Shown: positions 51,438 through 62,259 of the stretch, in pieces | How positions within the stretch are numbered: position 1 is the stretch's first letter | How the letters are laid out: every line of letters starts with the position of its first letter | NCBI GenBank assembly: GCA_000165345.1 | Contig: CM000434.1 | Span: 832,001 to 896,000 of the forward strand | Direction of reading: 5' to 3' | Length of the DNA stretch: 64,000 bases | The notes under the pieces: generated by a model | The model's database searches: none | The model's input: only the letters and a program-made list of their open reading frames with translations | Told to the model about the DNA's origin: nothing | Translations under genes and position numbers: made by a program

Positions 51438-52787
51438 ATGAGTTACAATATTGACTGGCCAAGGCAGGATTCCATTGATAATATTGGTTGTTCATATGAA
51501 AACTTAAATTATGAACATAGATCAAGTACCGCATCTAATGGTGGGAAGAGCAGAGAAAATAGCATATATGCTAACACTGCGTTATTCGAAGATCATTTTT
51601 CCCCAAGACTTTCGGAGGGTCTGAACTCAATGAGATTTTCGGATATTGGGGATATGACAGAGGAAGAGTGGTAAGTTGAGAAGCAAACATTTGTTTCATC
51701 TAATACGTTATCTAATTATTATTATCATTATTATTCTAGGAATAAACAACAACAAAGACAAAACTCACAGAGATATGATGCTTTGTATATTGTAAGTGAG
51801 AAAGAAGAAGATATCATGAAGATGAAGGGTACTAAGGACAAGTTGAAATTCAAGGAAATTGGTAATGAATCAAGAAAAACCAATAAAGATTCAATTTCAG
51901 ACACTTCACTGGGATATATTTGTAGTTTGATATATAACTTCAGAAACAATAATACAATAAGAAGTAAACAGTCACAACTTACTTTATGGGAAATTATGAA
52001 ACAGTTTTACCTGATTAACAATTTATTTTTTATACTTAAAGTCTTAAAAACTTTAATTTCAAGTAATAAGACTCATAGACTAAGTCAAGATATGGGATGG
52101 GTTTCTTTTATGTGCCTATTATCAACTTTCATGACCAGTATATTGGCATATTTAACGAGATCATTCATATTTTATCATCGTATTGCTGATAAATATACAA
52201 ACAAGTTATTTTCACCTTTTCATGTTTATTGCCAAATAAGAAAAGTTGGTGACGAAATGCCTGAAGCTTTATTCATGCTGGAAAGAGTTAATTGGACTTA
52301 TACTTTAATAATGCATATATTGGAAGACATTCCCCAATTATTTGCATCTTCAATTTTCTTATCATACTATGGAAATGATTTTTATGCATTCTTCATGATC
52401 ACATGGAGTTCTTGTATGATCATTACAACTTCCATCAGAATGGGTATTTCTTATCCTCTTATTGGAACTTTAAGTCTTATTTTCTCCAGAAAACCTCCCG
52501 TTGATTCGCCTACTTTGAATGAAGCAACCACAACAACATTGCATTTTCCTCTGTTTATGGCTGCAATCACTTTTATTTGGGCAGTTTCAGATAGTTTATG
52601 TCTATATTTCACTCATGGTTTCTGGACTATCCTTTTTTATTTTGGTCTAACAGCAAATATTCTTGCATCTACATTGTTTATATTATATTATGTACATCTT
52701 TCTAAGCAAGCATCAGCATATACGCGCCAATTAAATTCACTTTATTTTACAGAAGACTTTAGCAGAATTCAGTCAAGACATTTTTAA
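51438..52787 (+). CDS. Hypothetical multi-pass membrane protein; join(51438..51670,51740..52787)
   Basis: Exon 1 is a 78-aa ORF. By my count its ATG is at 51438, whereas the track lists 51444. It ends ...GAGTG|GTAAGT. A 69-nt intron ends TTATTCTAG (51739). TG+G restores Trp and continues into the 334-aa downstream ORF (track start is a TTG). The 426-aa product has 7 or more hydrophobic helices. The family is unknown. Confidence 0.6.
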
Positions 52788-52903
52788 GTTTTAGTATATT
52801 TTAGAAAAACTGGTAAAGTTATTGCAAGACTCAAGTCTATTTTCTTTATTGTCAGAAAATAGGCTAGCTAGGTTTTGAAATGAAAGTATGACGTGGTAAT
52901 ATT

Positions 52904-53533
52904 ATGCAAAGACTAACTCATGTAACTTGCTTTTTTCTAATTGTGTGTGGATGGGTAATTAATGTATTTTGGCCTTTTGTTGAAGGAATAGGAATAAGAG
53001 ACTTAGAAATTCATGGTACTTCAAAAAATAGTCAAAAAAATTCTTCTAATATTACATACTCTTGGTTTTTAGAAAATCCCAATGAGTTTGTAGAAGGAGA
53101 AAGTAGCAATAATGATACTAACTTAATAGGTACTTCGATACCATATAAAATTGAAGATGAAGATTATAAGTTAACTAAAGATACATCATATTATCAAAGA
53201 AAACATCATGATTTACTCTACTTAGATCAAGTTGGGATCTGGGTAAAGTTTCACGATTATGCCTCAAATGTTGATATATTAGTAGAAAGTACACAAACAA
53301 GAAATACTTTAACAGATTCTAGTCGCAAATATGGAAGATTGTTGGAAGATCAAATCAAAGGAAATCTAAGTAGAAATGGTTCAAATGAAGATCTTGGGTT
53401 ACACTCCTTAAGAAAAAATGGCAGGAAAAGTGGTTGGTGTTTGTTTCATTCATTTTTCCAAGTAGTTTCAAAAGATTGGTTGCTTGGCTGGAACTTTATA
53501 TGCAATTATTTTAAAGAATTCATACTGAAATAA
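52904..53533 (+). CDS. Hypothetical small secreted protein (209 aa)
   Basis: The ORF starts at an ATG with an N-terminal signal-like segment, MQRLTHVTCFFLIVCGWVINVFWPFVEG. The remainder is hydrophilic, and no domain was recognised. Confidence 0.45.
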   Translation: MQRLTHVTCFFLIVCGWVINVFWPFVEGIGIRDLEIHGTSKNSQKNSSNITYSWFLENPNEFVEGESSNNDTNLIGTSIPYKIEDEDYKLTKDTSYYQRKHHDLLYLDQVGIWVKFHDYASNVDILVESTQTRNTLTDSSRKYGRLLEDQIKGNLSRNGSNEDLGLHSLRKNGRKSGWCLFHSFFQVVSKDWLLGWNFICNYFKEFILK

Positions 53534-54324
53534 TTGGATAACTTTAAAAATAACAAGTTAAAAGGGCAAATGTTTATTTAATATTTTGAAATGTATAGTT
53601 TATCTACAGTACAGAGCTCATTGTTTGAGTGATGAACTTTAAGTCTTGGCTAATGGGAGAAGCAGGAAAGTCAGAACAGGAAACAAAAGATTTAACTTCT
53701 TTAGAAAATTAAAATCTTTTTATTAGACAGATTAGGATAACTATTTCAGATAAATGTTTATAAACACCCATAAATTCCAGTAATATTTATGGAGATACGT
53801 GGTAGTGGCGATATGGTTGGCGGGCCATAAGAGGAAAAGTTATAAAATAACTCAAAGCAGATAAGCCAAAGAGTTGTTAATTAAGAGCGGAAAGATTAAG
53901 TACAATAAAAAGAAATAGAAATTTATGTTAGATGATGGAACATTAGAATTAGGAAATGTGTTGATTCAGTTTAATTCCTTTAAATTTTTTAATATCAAAT
54001 TTGCATGTAAATTTTTTTTTTATCAAATAATTCAGTATCGATAATATATAAATTTATGCTTGGAATTTAGCCAAAAAGGCGCCAACCAGGCTTGCATGTC
54101 TCGTATTCGAGTATACTAAGGATAGTATATTATATTGGATATTGGGGGAATTAATAATATAAAAAAGATAGGCGCATGGACAGAGAGGATACTGCACACC
54201 AATATTGTATATATAAAGAAATAACCCACTTTATTTAGTTGAATCTTAGATAGATAAACTAATATTTTCGATATTTCTTAATTTTTTTTTTAAAAATTTG
54301 GAAGTGAAGCAAAACTTTTGCTAA

Positions 54325-55386
<1,062 letters not shown>

Positions 55387-55962
55387 ACTAGAACTTAAAG
55401 ATAAGTAAGAACGGAGTAAAACTTTTCGATACATAAACTCTCAAATTGGCATCATTTTATCGGCAATTGTTTTGCAAACCCTTTCAATGTCAACATGTTT
55501 TTCTCTGGCGCAAGCTACCATCTATCTCAATCGGATTTAAACATAAATGCCAACTTTCCCTGCTTCAAATCATCCTCTGCCACCACAGTTCTCTCGACTA
55601 CTCGTAGGGAAATACTGATGTTAAATTGCTAGCGTTGAAAGTGGTTCTTTGGGGGGTCCAGGGAGTTAGCGAGTTGTGTGTAAATGAACATTTACTACCA
55701 AGACTTACTATCGCATGCAGTTTAATCGCCTTTGAAGACTTTCTTCATTATTAGTGTCAAATAGTTTATTTCTCTGTTAATCGAAATGTTAATTACTCAA
55801 TTTCAATCTCAATTAGACCCTTTTTTCTCGAAAAATCGATCTGAGCTTTACTTCATTTAGTTTAATGTTTAGGAGCGAACTGTCCACATAAAATTAGTCA
55901 AGCATTACGTATATTGCTATTATGCTTTGCATGAATGGGGGGCGAAATAGTATTTTTTTATA

Positions 55963-56019
55963 CCGGTATGCAAGTGGAGTGCAAAGAAATTACTAATTTG
56001 CATGTTTTTGGCGCCAAAG
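55963..56019. promoter_or_regulatory. ACCGGT + TGCATG + palindromic E2F-like TTTGGCGCCAAA upstream of hexokinase
   Basis: ACCGGT is at 55963..55968, TGCATG at 55999..56004 and TTGGCGCCAAA at 56009..56019. The cluster lies about 215 bp upstream of the hexokinase ATG. Confidence 0.4.
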
Positions 56020-56234
56020 TTTGTGAAAAATTTCTGAATTTATTAATTATTTAGAATTATCATTTAATATAAATTAATAAAGTTATTGGTAGAAATTAGT
56101 AAGTGTGATATAAGTATCAGTATAATTGAACGGTCTGATTAATATTTCTGAGCAAGGTAAAGATAGAAAAGAAATAAATTAGAAATTTACGACTATAATA
56201 TAAATATATATAATTAAATTAAAACAAAGCTAAA

Positions 56235-57791
56235 ATGGAAGAGGAAAATCAAGCCAAGAGGCTGTTTGATTTATATGAAGAATATTTTTTCCTTTCAAAT
56301 TTAAAGCTGCTGGAGTTGGTTGATGATTTTCACAAATCTTTAGAAGACGGACTTGAAAATCACGCAAATCGACTAAAAATTGACAAATACCATTCCAATT
56401 ACAAGCCTTTTAAAATGTTAGACTCTTGTGTTGATAGACTTCCAACTGGGAAGGAAAAAGGAGTTTATTATGCTATTGATATGGGTGGCACTAATTTACG
56501 ATGTGTTAGAGTAAATTTACTTGGTAATGGCCAAAGTGAAACAAAATTTAAAAAGGTTAAATTGTCAGAAATGAAAGTGTCTTCTACTGGGAAGGTTGTA
56601 AATAGCAACAAAATTTCCAAAGTTGATCAAGAAGTCAATATTTTTGATAAAACTGTATCTTCAGAAACAATGTTTAATTCAATTGCAGTTTTCTTTAATG
56701 AGTTTTTGGATGAATGTGGCGACTTAAATGATTTGACCAATGATAATAATGTAGGCAATCTCCCATTAGAAGTTGGCTTCACCTTTTCTTTTCCTATCGT
56801 GCAATCTAAAATTGCAAGTGCAAAACTGGTAATATGGACAAAAGAAATTGAAACAGGTAGATTAACTGATGATCCTGTTGAAGGAAAAGATATTGGTGAT
56901 TTATTGAATTTAGCCTTTAAAAGAAATGGAGTACCAGCTCAATGTAAATGCGTTTTAAATGATACAGTTGGAACCCTTATATCAGCAATGTATGATTTAA
57001 ATATTAATAATTATTGCGACAATAACCACTCTTTAAAAGTTAATTTTCCAAATAATATATCTGAAAATCAACCATTAATTGGAATTGTGGTTGGAACTGG
57101 AGTAAATGCTTGCTACCTTGAACCAAATTCTTCAAATTTTGGTTATAAAGGAGTTATTATTAATACAGAGTGTGGAGACTTTTATTCAACCAAATTACCC
57201 ATAACTGATTGTGATTACTCTATGGATTGGTTTAGTGATAATAGAGGAGAACAGATATTTGAAAAAATGATTAGTGGAACTTATTTAGGAGAAATCTCTC
57301 GGTTATTAATTATCAATTTTTTAAAAAACAAAACTCCAGAGATTTTCTTCCAAAAGAATTCATTAAAAACTGAACATATTGCCAAAATTATTAGCCATTT
57401 CAATGATAATCATCAAAAATATAACCAAAACCATGATTTAAAGTCTATTGAAAATTATTTAAAGGAAACATTTTCTTCAAATCTTGATCATAATTCCACT
57501 TATATTATTGCAAAAATATCACAGATGGTACTCATGAGAGCAGCATCTCTTGTCTCAGCCATTATTGCTGCATTTTTCAAAAGGTTTAATAAGCCACGCA
57601 ATCAAATTACCATTGCCATAGATGGATCAGTTTGGACTAAAATACCCAAATTCCAAAAATACGTTAAAGATTCACTCTCATCTTTGATTCAAGAGAGCGG
57701 ATATCTTGGCTCAATACATTTTTATGAATCAGATGATGGATCTGGAAGAGGTGCTGCTATTCTTGCTAGCACTACAGTCAATACACATTGA
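56235..57791 (+). CDS. HK: Hexokinase
   Basis: The hexokinase signature blocks are all present: AIDMGGTNLRCVRV (phosphate 1), LGFTFSFP, the sugar-binding LNDTVGTL, the connect block GIVVGTGVNACY, and INTECGDF. Confidence 0.9.
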   Translation: MEEENQAKRLFDLYEEYFFLSNLKLLELVDDFHKSLEDGLENHANRLKIDKYHSNYKPFKMLDSCVDRLPTGKEKGVYYAIDMGGTNLRCVRVNLLGNGQSETKFKKVKLSEMKVSSTGKVVNSNKISKVDQEVNIFDKTVSSETMFNSIAVFFNEFLDECGDLNDLTNDNNVGNLPLEVGFTFSFPIVQSKIASAKLVIWTKEIETGRLTDDPVEGKDIGDLLNLAFKRNGVPAQCKCVLNDTVGTLISAMYDLNINNYCDNNHSLKVNFPNNISENQPLIGIVVGTGVNACYLEPNSSNFGYKGVIINTECGDFYSTKLPITDCDYSMDWFSDNRGEQIFEKMISGTYLGEISRLLIINFLKNKTPEIFFQKNSLKTEHIAKIISHFNDNHQKYNQNHDLKSIENYLKETFSSNLDHNSTYIIAKISQMVLMRAASLVSAIIAAFFKRFNKPRNQITIAIDGSVWTKIPKFQKYVKDSLSSLIQESGYLGSIHFYESDDGSGRGAAILASTTVNTH

Positions 57792-57937
57792 CCTTTTTAT
57801 AGTCCATCCTACTTTTTTGTAATTTCATTTCCGGTCATTTATTGTTTATACTTATTGTTCTTATTCATTGAAAATAATAGTAATTAATTCATCTTATTCA
57901 GATTTGTACATGCCAATGTTCATAGAAATAACAAAAA

Positions 57938-57955
57938 TTTGGCGCGCGCGCCAAA
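57938..57955. promoter_or_regulatory. Perfect 18-bp palindrome TTTGGCGCGCGCGCCAAA (E2F-like), about 230 bp upstream of CFIm25
   Basis: It was read directly from the sequence and is the only GC-rich element in that spacer. Confidence 0.4.
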
Positions 57956-58184
57956 TTTTTATTTTATTTAGAATTTAAAGAATTTCAATATTAATTTAAG
58001 GTTTTATTCTCAATATTTTTTTTTTTTTAATTAATAAATACCTTTTAAAGTTTAAATAATCCATTTGTTTGAAGTTGGAGTCCATTCTTGGCAGATATTT
58101 CTGCATAGATCTTTTAGGTCATAATTAATTTTAATCTTTAATTGAAAGTATTTTTTATGCACATTTTTTTGAATCTTTATACAA

Positions 58185-59018
58185 ATGCAGGAGGGTTCGA
58201 ATAATGTTAGTAACAATCTGATGAACGATAATAAAATTGAGGAGGATGTTTTAGAGCAGCCAACATTTTTAACAAACCAAAGTCTTTTGAACGAAGAGCA
58301 GAGTATGGCTACAAACGTTGATCATGAACCATCATGGTTAATTTATCCATTGAAGAATTATGGAATTCGAGTTCAAGATAATAGTGACGAAATTCAATCA
58401 AGTATCCCAATTAATGAAATGAATGGGTTTAATGTAAAGGTTGATAACTTTTTAAAAGATGGAATTGGACGTAGCGTTGCTGCATTAATGCTTACTCATC
58501 GTTATTTATGTCCACATGTAGTTTTACTTCAGAATGATTTAACGAGTGAATGGATGCTTCCAAATTGTACTTATAAGGCCTGGGAAAATCCTCGCATAGT
58601 ATTAGCAAACTTTTTAAAGTCAATGTTCCTTACAAGTTCGAGCATTAATAGTAATACTAATAACAGTGGAAGTAATAATGGCAATAATAATAGCTCGACA
58701 AATAATAACAATATAAATAATGCTTGTTCTGATAATGCAGTGGAAGTTGGGGAATACTTGGGAACTTGGTGGAGAACTGAGTTTAATTATTCTCCTTTGC
58801 CTTATTTACCTCCCCATTCAACAAGGCCCAAAGAAACAATAAGGATTTACCAGGTTATTCTTCCTCCAAAATTGCTATTTAAATTACCAAAGCACCATGT
58901 GTTAAAGAGCTTACCTCTGTTTGATTTGGACCCAAATATATTTGGAATAGCATGCGGTAGTATTCCCCAGCTTATTTCAAGATTTCAAATTCAATCAATG
59001 GTTCAGTCGGATAATTAG
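58185..59018 (+). CDS. Cleavage factor Im 25 kDa subunit (CPSF5/NUDT21, Nudix-fold mRNA 3-prime processing factor)
   Basis: It shows block identity to CFIm25 as I remember it: IYPLKNYGI (LYPLTNYTF), GRSVAALMLTHRYLCPHVVLLQ ([21 protein letters not shown]), GTWWRTEFNYSPLPYLPPHSTRPKE ([25 protein letters not shown]) and LPLFDLDPNIFGIACGSIPQLISRF. An Asn-rich insert is present. Confidence 0.8.
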   Translation: MQEGSNNVSNNLMNDNKIEEDVLEQPTFLTNQSLLNEEQSMATNVDHEPSWLIYPLKNYGIRVQDNSDEIQSSIPINEMNGFNVKVDNFLKDGIGRSVAALMLTHRYLCPHVVLLQNDLTSEWMLPNCTYKAWENPRIVLANFLKSMFLTSSSINSNTNNSGSNNGNNNSSTNNNNINNACSDNAVEVGEYLGTWWRTEFNYSPLPYLPPHSTRPKETIRIYQVILPPKLLFKLPKHHVLKSLPLFDLDPNIFGIACGSIPQLISRFQIQSMVQSDN

Positions 59019-59141
59019 AATTTATATTGAAAAGTTATTTTATTATTAGTAAAAGAAATAGATTTTGCTACATAATATTTTATATTATTCTCTTTTTGAT
59101 CGATTATGATAATAATCAATTTATTATTTTTATTAAATATA

Positions 59142-60545
59142 TTAATAAATAATAAATAGTAGCAGGCTGAGGATAATGGTTATTCCAAATGTAGCCATTT
59201 TAAGAACAGATTCTGAATTGGATGATAATGAGATGAACATAGGCCCATATTTACTATGTTTTGCCAATGTGAAGCCCACCATTAGGTTATCTCTATCAAA
59301 TATTGAGTAGTACTTTCGAATGAAGTTATTTCCAAGTACAAAAAGTGGACCTCTAGGAGCTGGAATATCAAGAGGGATATATCCAATGCTACAATAATGT
59401 TCTTGCGGGCCCCAATAATAGCTAAAAGCATTAAATGATGAAGGCCCTCCTTCATCAATTACATAGTCTTGAGGATCCATATGCATTTCTATCTCATTTC
59501 CATGAATATCTTCTATCACATAAGTTATTCTAGGAGAAGATAGATATCTATTACATTCTCCCTCCATGGGTATAACTTTGGTGATCTTTCTCATAAAACT
59601 ACTTGGGGCTGTGGAGACAGATGAACCAGTATCTATAGCTGCCTTGCAGTCCCCGAAGCAATAGTTCGTGCTAACCCCATTAATCTTTATATCTTTGATC
59701 TTGATTTCCCAGTAATGAGACCCAGTAAGTCGATGCCAGGTTATTTTTTGACCACTTATTGTGTATTTAGGATCAGCAGCTCCAAAAGAAATTGAACCTG
59801 GAGTACTTGAATCTCTGGAAATGTAAACTCCAAAAAGATTTCTTGGTAAAATGTTTCGTTCTTTAATATTCTCAACAATTGTTGGGATATTATTTTTTTT
59901 ACTGTTCTTATCTGGAAATCCAAGTCCTACCAAACCATCGAATGGTAATTCAGCAAAAGGAGATGTACTTTCCTCAATAGCCATCCCGAAAGACTGATCT
60001 TCTATCTTCAGCTTTCCAATATTTATGACTTCTTTACCAAACTTTAACACACAAGAACCCGTACCATATTGGATATATGTCTCCAATGATCCATCCCCCA
60101 ATTTTTGATAAGAGGTACTCAACTTTGGATCATACTTGTTGTGGGGCTCACAACCTTTATGCTTACATTCAATACTTGGAATCCATACACTGGAGCTTCC
60201 TGTATCAAAAATGACAACGAACTCTCTTGGAGGCGTTCCCACCTCAATTTTACCAAAATATTGACTATTTTGGTAATTTCTAAGATCCTGAGAGTCCATT
60301 GTCTCTGAATACTTACTCTTGGTAATCCACCTTGAAAAATAGTTGCCTTCTGAATATTTCATTCCTCCCTCAGATAGACTTAATTTTAACTCAACTTTTT
60401 GAGCATTTGAATTAAATAAGCCATTACTTAGTATAGCCTCCATTCCTAACTCTGCCCTAGCATTTGACCTAATCTTGTTTGATAATCCTTCACAAAAAGC
60501 TGATATTTTCAGCATCATTAAAATAAAAAACACTTGAAACACCAT
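59142..60545 (-). CDS. Pepsin-like (A1 family) aspartyl protease with signal peptide and C-terminal TM anchor
   Basis: Two catalytic motifs are present, FDTGSSSVWIPS and IDTGSSVSTAPS. A signal peptide, MVFQVFFILMMLKISAFC, is followed by a pro-segment, and there is a C-terminal hydrophobic tail, TFGITIILSLLLFIIY. Confidence 0.85.
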   Translation of the reverse strand: MVFQVFFILMMLKISAFCEGLSNKIRSNARAELGMEAILSNGLFNSNAQKVELKLSLSEGGMKYSEGNYFSRWITKSKYSETMDSQDLRNYQNSQYFGKIEVGTPPREFVVIFDTGSSSVWIPSIECKHKGCEPHNKYDPKLSTSYQKLGDGSLETYIQYGTGSCVLKFGKEVINIGKLKIEDQSFGMAIEESTSPFAELPFDGLVGLGFPDKNSKKNNIPTIVENIKERNILPRNLFGVYISRDSSTPGSISFGAADPKYTISGQKITWHRLTGSHYWEIKIKDIKINGVSTNYCFGDCKAAIDTGSSVSTAPSSFMRKITKVIPMEGECNRYLSSPRITYVIEDIHGNEIEMHMDPQDYVIDEGGPSSFNAFSYYWGPQEHYCSIGYIPLDIPAPRGPLFVLGNNFIRKYYSIFDRDNLMVGFTLAKHSKYGPMFISLSSNSESVLKMATFGITIILSLLLFIIY

Positions 60546-60791
60546 CTTGTATGTTGCACACTACTACGTTAAACTCTCTTTTATTTTATTTTGAATCTCA
60601 TTAGTTCTTTACACTTTAATTTCTCTTTAATTAATGTTTGTTTCAGAGTAGCTCCTACCTATATTGATGATTTGCAATTACTTTATTTTATTATTATTAT
60701 ATATACATGTAAATATTTACATATATATCTATATATATTTTTTTTTTGGTTTGAATTACATGTAATTATTGACTTTTCATGTTTTTTTATT

Positions 60792-60836
60792 TGCATGTAA
60801 ACACCGGTACGTGGCCTCTAGCAATAACCACGTAAT
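60792..60836. promoter_or_regulatory. TGCATGTAAACACCGGTACGTGG ... ACCACGTAA motif cluster in the aspartyl-protease / Rab1 divergent spacer
   Basis: ACCGGTACGTGG is at 60803..60814, flanked by TGCATG and a second ACGTA element. Confidence 0.35.
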
Positions 60837-61198
60837 AGGCGGTAAAAAAGCCAACCATTTGCCGCCAAAATACAGATAGCATGCTAATTATTTAAAATTT
60901 TGTAAGATTGCGGATTTTAAGGCAAATTAAAAGGAGGCAGGCTTTAATTTAAATAAGCTTCATGACAAAAAGTTGAGAAGAAAGAGATCTTATTTTTATT
61001 GAATATTTGTGTGTGTCTTTTCTCTTTTCAAAAGTATATTTGTCTCGAGAGAAAATTGAGATTATTCAGGAATAAAGTTGGTTTGTTTGAGGCATTTTGA
61101 TAAATAAAAGGAATAAGGGGTGTATAATATTCTCAAAATTAGAATATCATATACGCACACAGACATATTTGTTTATTTATTTACATATCAGGGTAAAG

Positions 61199-62095
61199 AT
61201 GTCAGCAGTTAGACAAAAGGAATAGTAAGTTGAGTATTTTTGGGCAAAGCGGGTATATTCATAACATGAGATAAAGATTGATTTTTGAAGTAAATATGAG
61301 GTGGAATATAATAGTGTAGATCTCATAAGTTTCTTGGCTTTTGCTCAGATCAGCTATTGGATGGCAAAATTCTAACATTATTAATTCATTTTTAGCGATT
61401 TTCTGTTCAAATTGGTTCTTATTGGAGATAGTGGAGTCGGAAAATCTTGCCTATTATTGAGATTTGCAGTAAGTTTTTACTTAAATTCAGGCAAATGTTC
61501 ATTCTTTGCCTAAATTCTATATTAGAGCGCAAAGTAATTTTCTTTTACTTAACAGGATGATTCTTTTACTGACAGCTATATCACTACAATTGGTGTGGAT
61601 TTCCGATTCAGAACTATCAAAATTGATGATAAAATAATAAAATTACAAATCTGGGATACTGCAGGACAAGAAAGGTTTAGAACCATTACTTCAGCATACT
61701 ACAGAGGTGCTGATGGAGTAGTACTTGTATATGATACAACTTCAACTTCATCTTTTGACCACATTGACGAGTGGGTAACTGAAGTTAACCGTTATACAAC
61801 CGACTCCACAAAAATCCTTATTGGAAACAAGTGCGATTTAACCTCACAGAAGATGGTTGACTTTGCTACCGGACAAAAAAAAGCTCAAGAGCTTCAAGTT
61901 GATTTCATGGAATCGAGCGCCAAAAATTCTACTAATGTCGAAGAATGCTTTGTAAACATAGCAAGAAAACTTCTAGAGAAAAAGCTGAAGAATGGCGAAA
62001 CTTCATCCAAACCCATTAATTCCCAGAATATCTACTTAAACCAGCATGGAGATGGTGGTTTAATTTCAGGTGTACTTTCTTCTTGTTGTAAGTAA
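61199..62095 (+). CDS. Rab1/Ypt1-family small GTPase; join(61199..61224,61396..61468,61556..62095)
   Basis: The track shows only the third exon, with a GTG start. Exon 1, ATGTCAGCAGTTAGACAAAAGGAATA|GTAAGT, is joined to exon 2 through the acceptor TTTTTAG (ending 61395). Exon 2 has a GTAAGT donor at 61469, and the next acceptor is TTAACAG (ending 61555). The product is [85 protein letters not shown]...GNKCDL...[12 protein letters not shown]...SSCCK. G1-G5 boxes and the Rab1 effector loop are all present. Confidence 0.85.
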
Positions 62096-62259
62096 TTTAA
62101 AATGATCCGTTAAATTTAGATGGCGCCAAATTCAAATAGAATAGTCTTGAATTTACAAATTCATTGAATACCAAAGGATTGCCAATATTAGTAAATTTCT
62201 TTAAGTAAACTCATTTTTTGAAACAATTTCTGTTATCTAATTGTATATAATGTACTAAT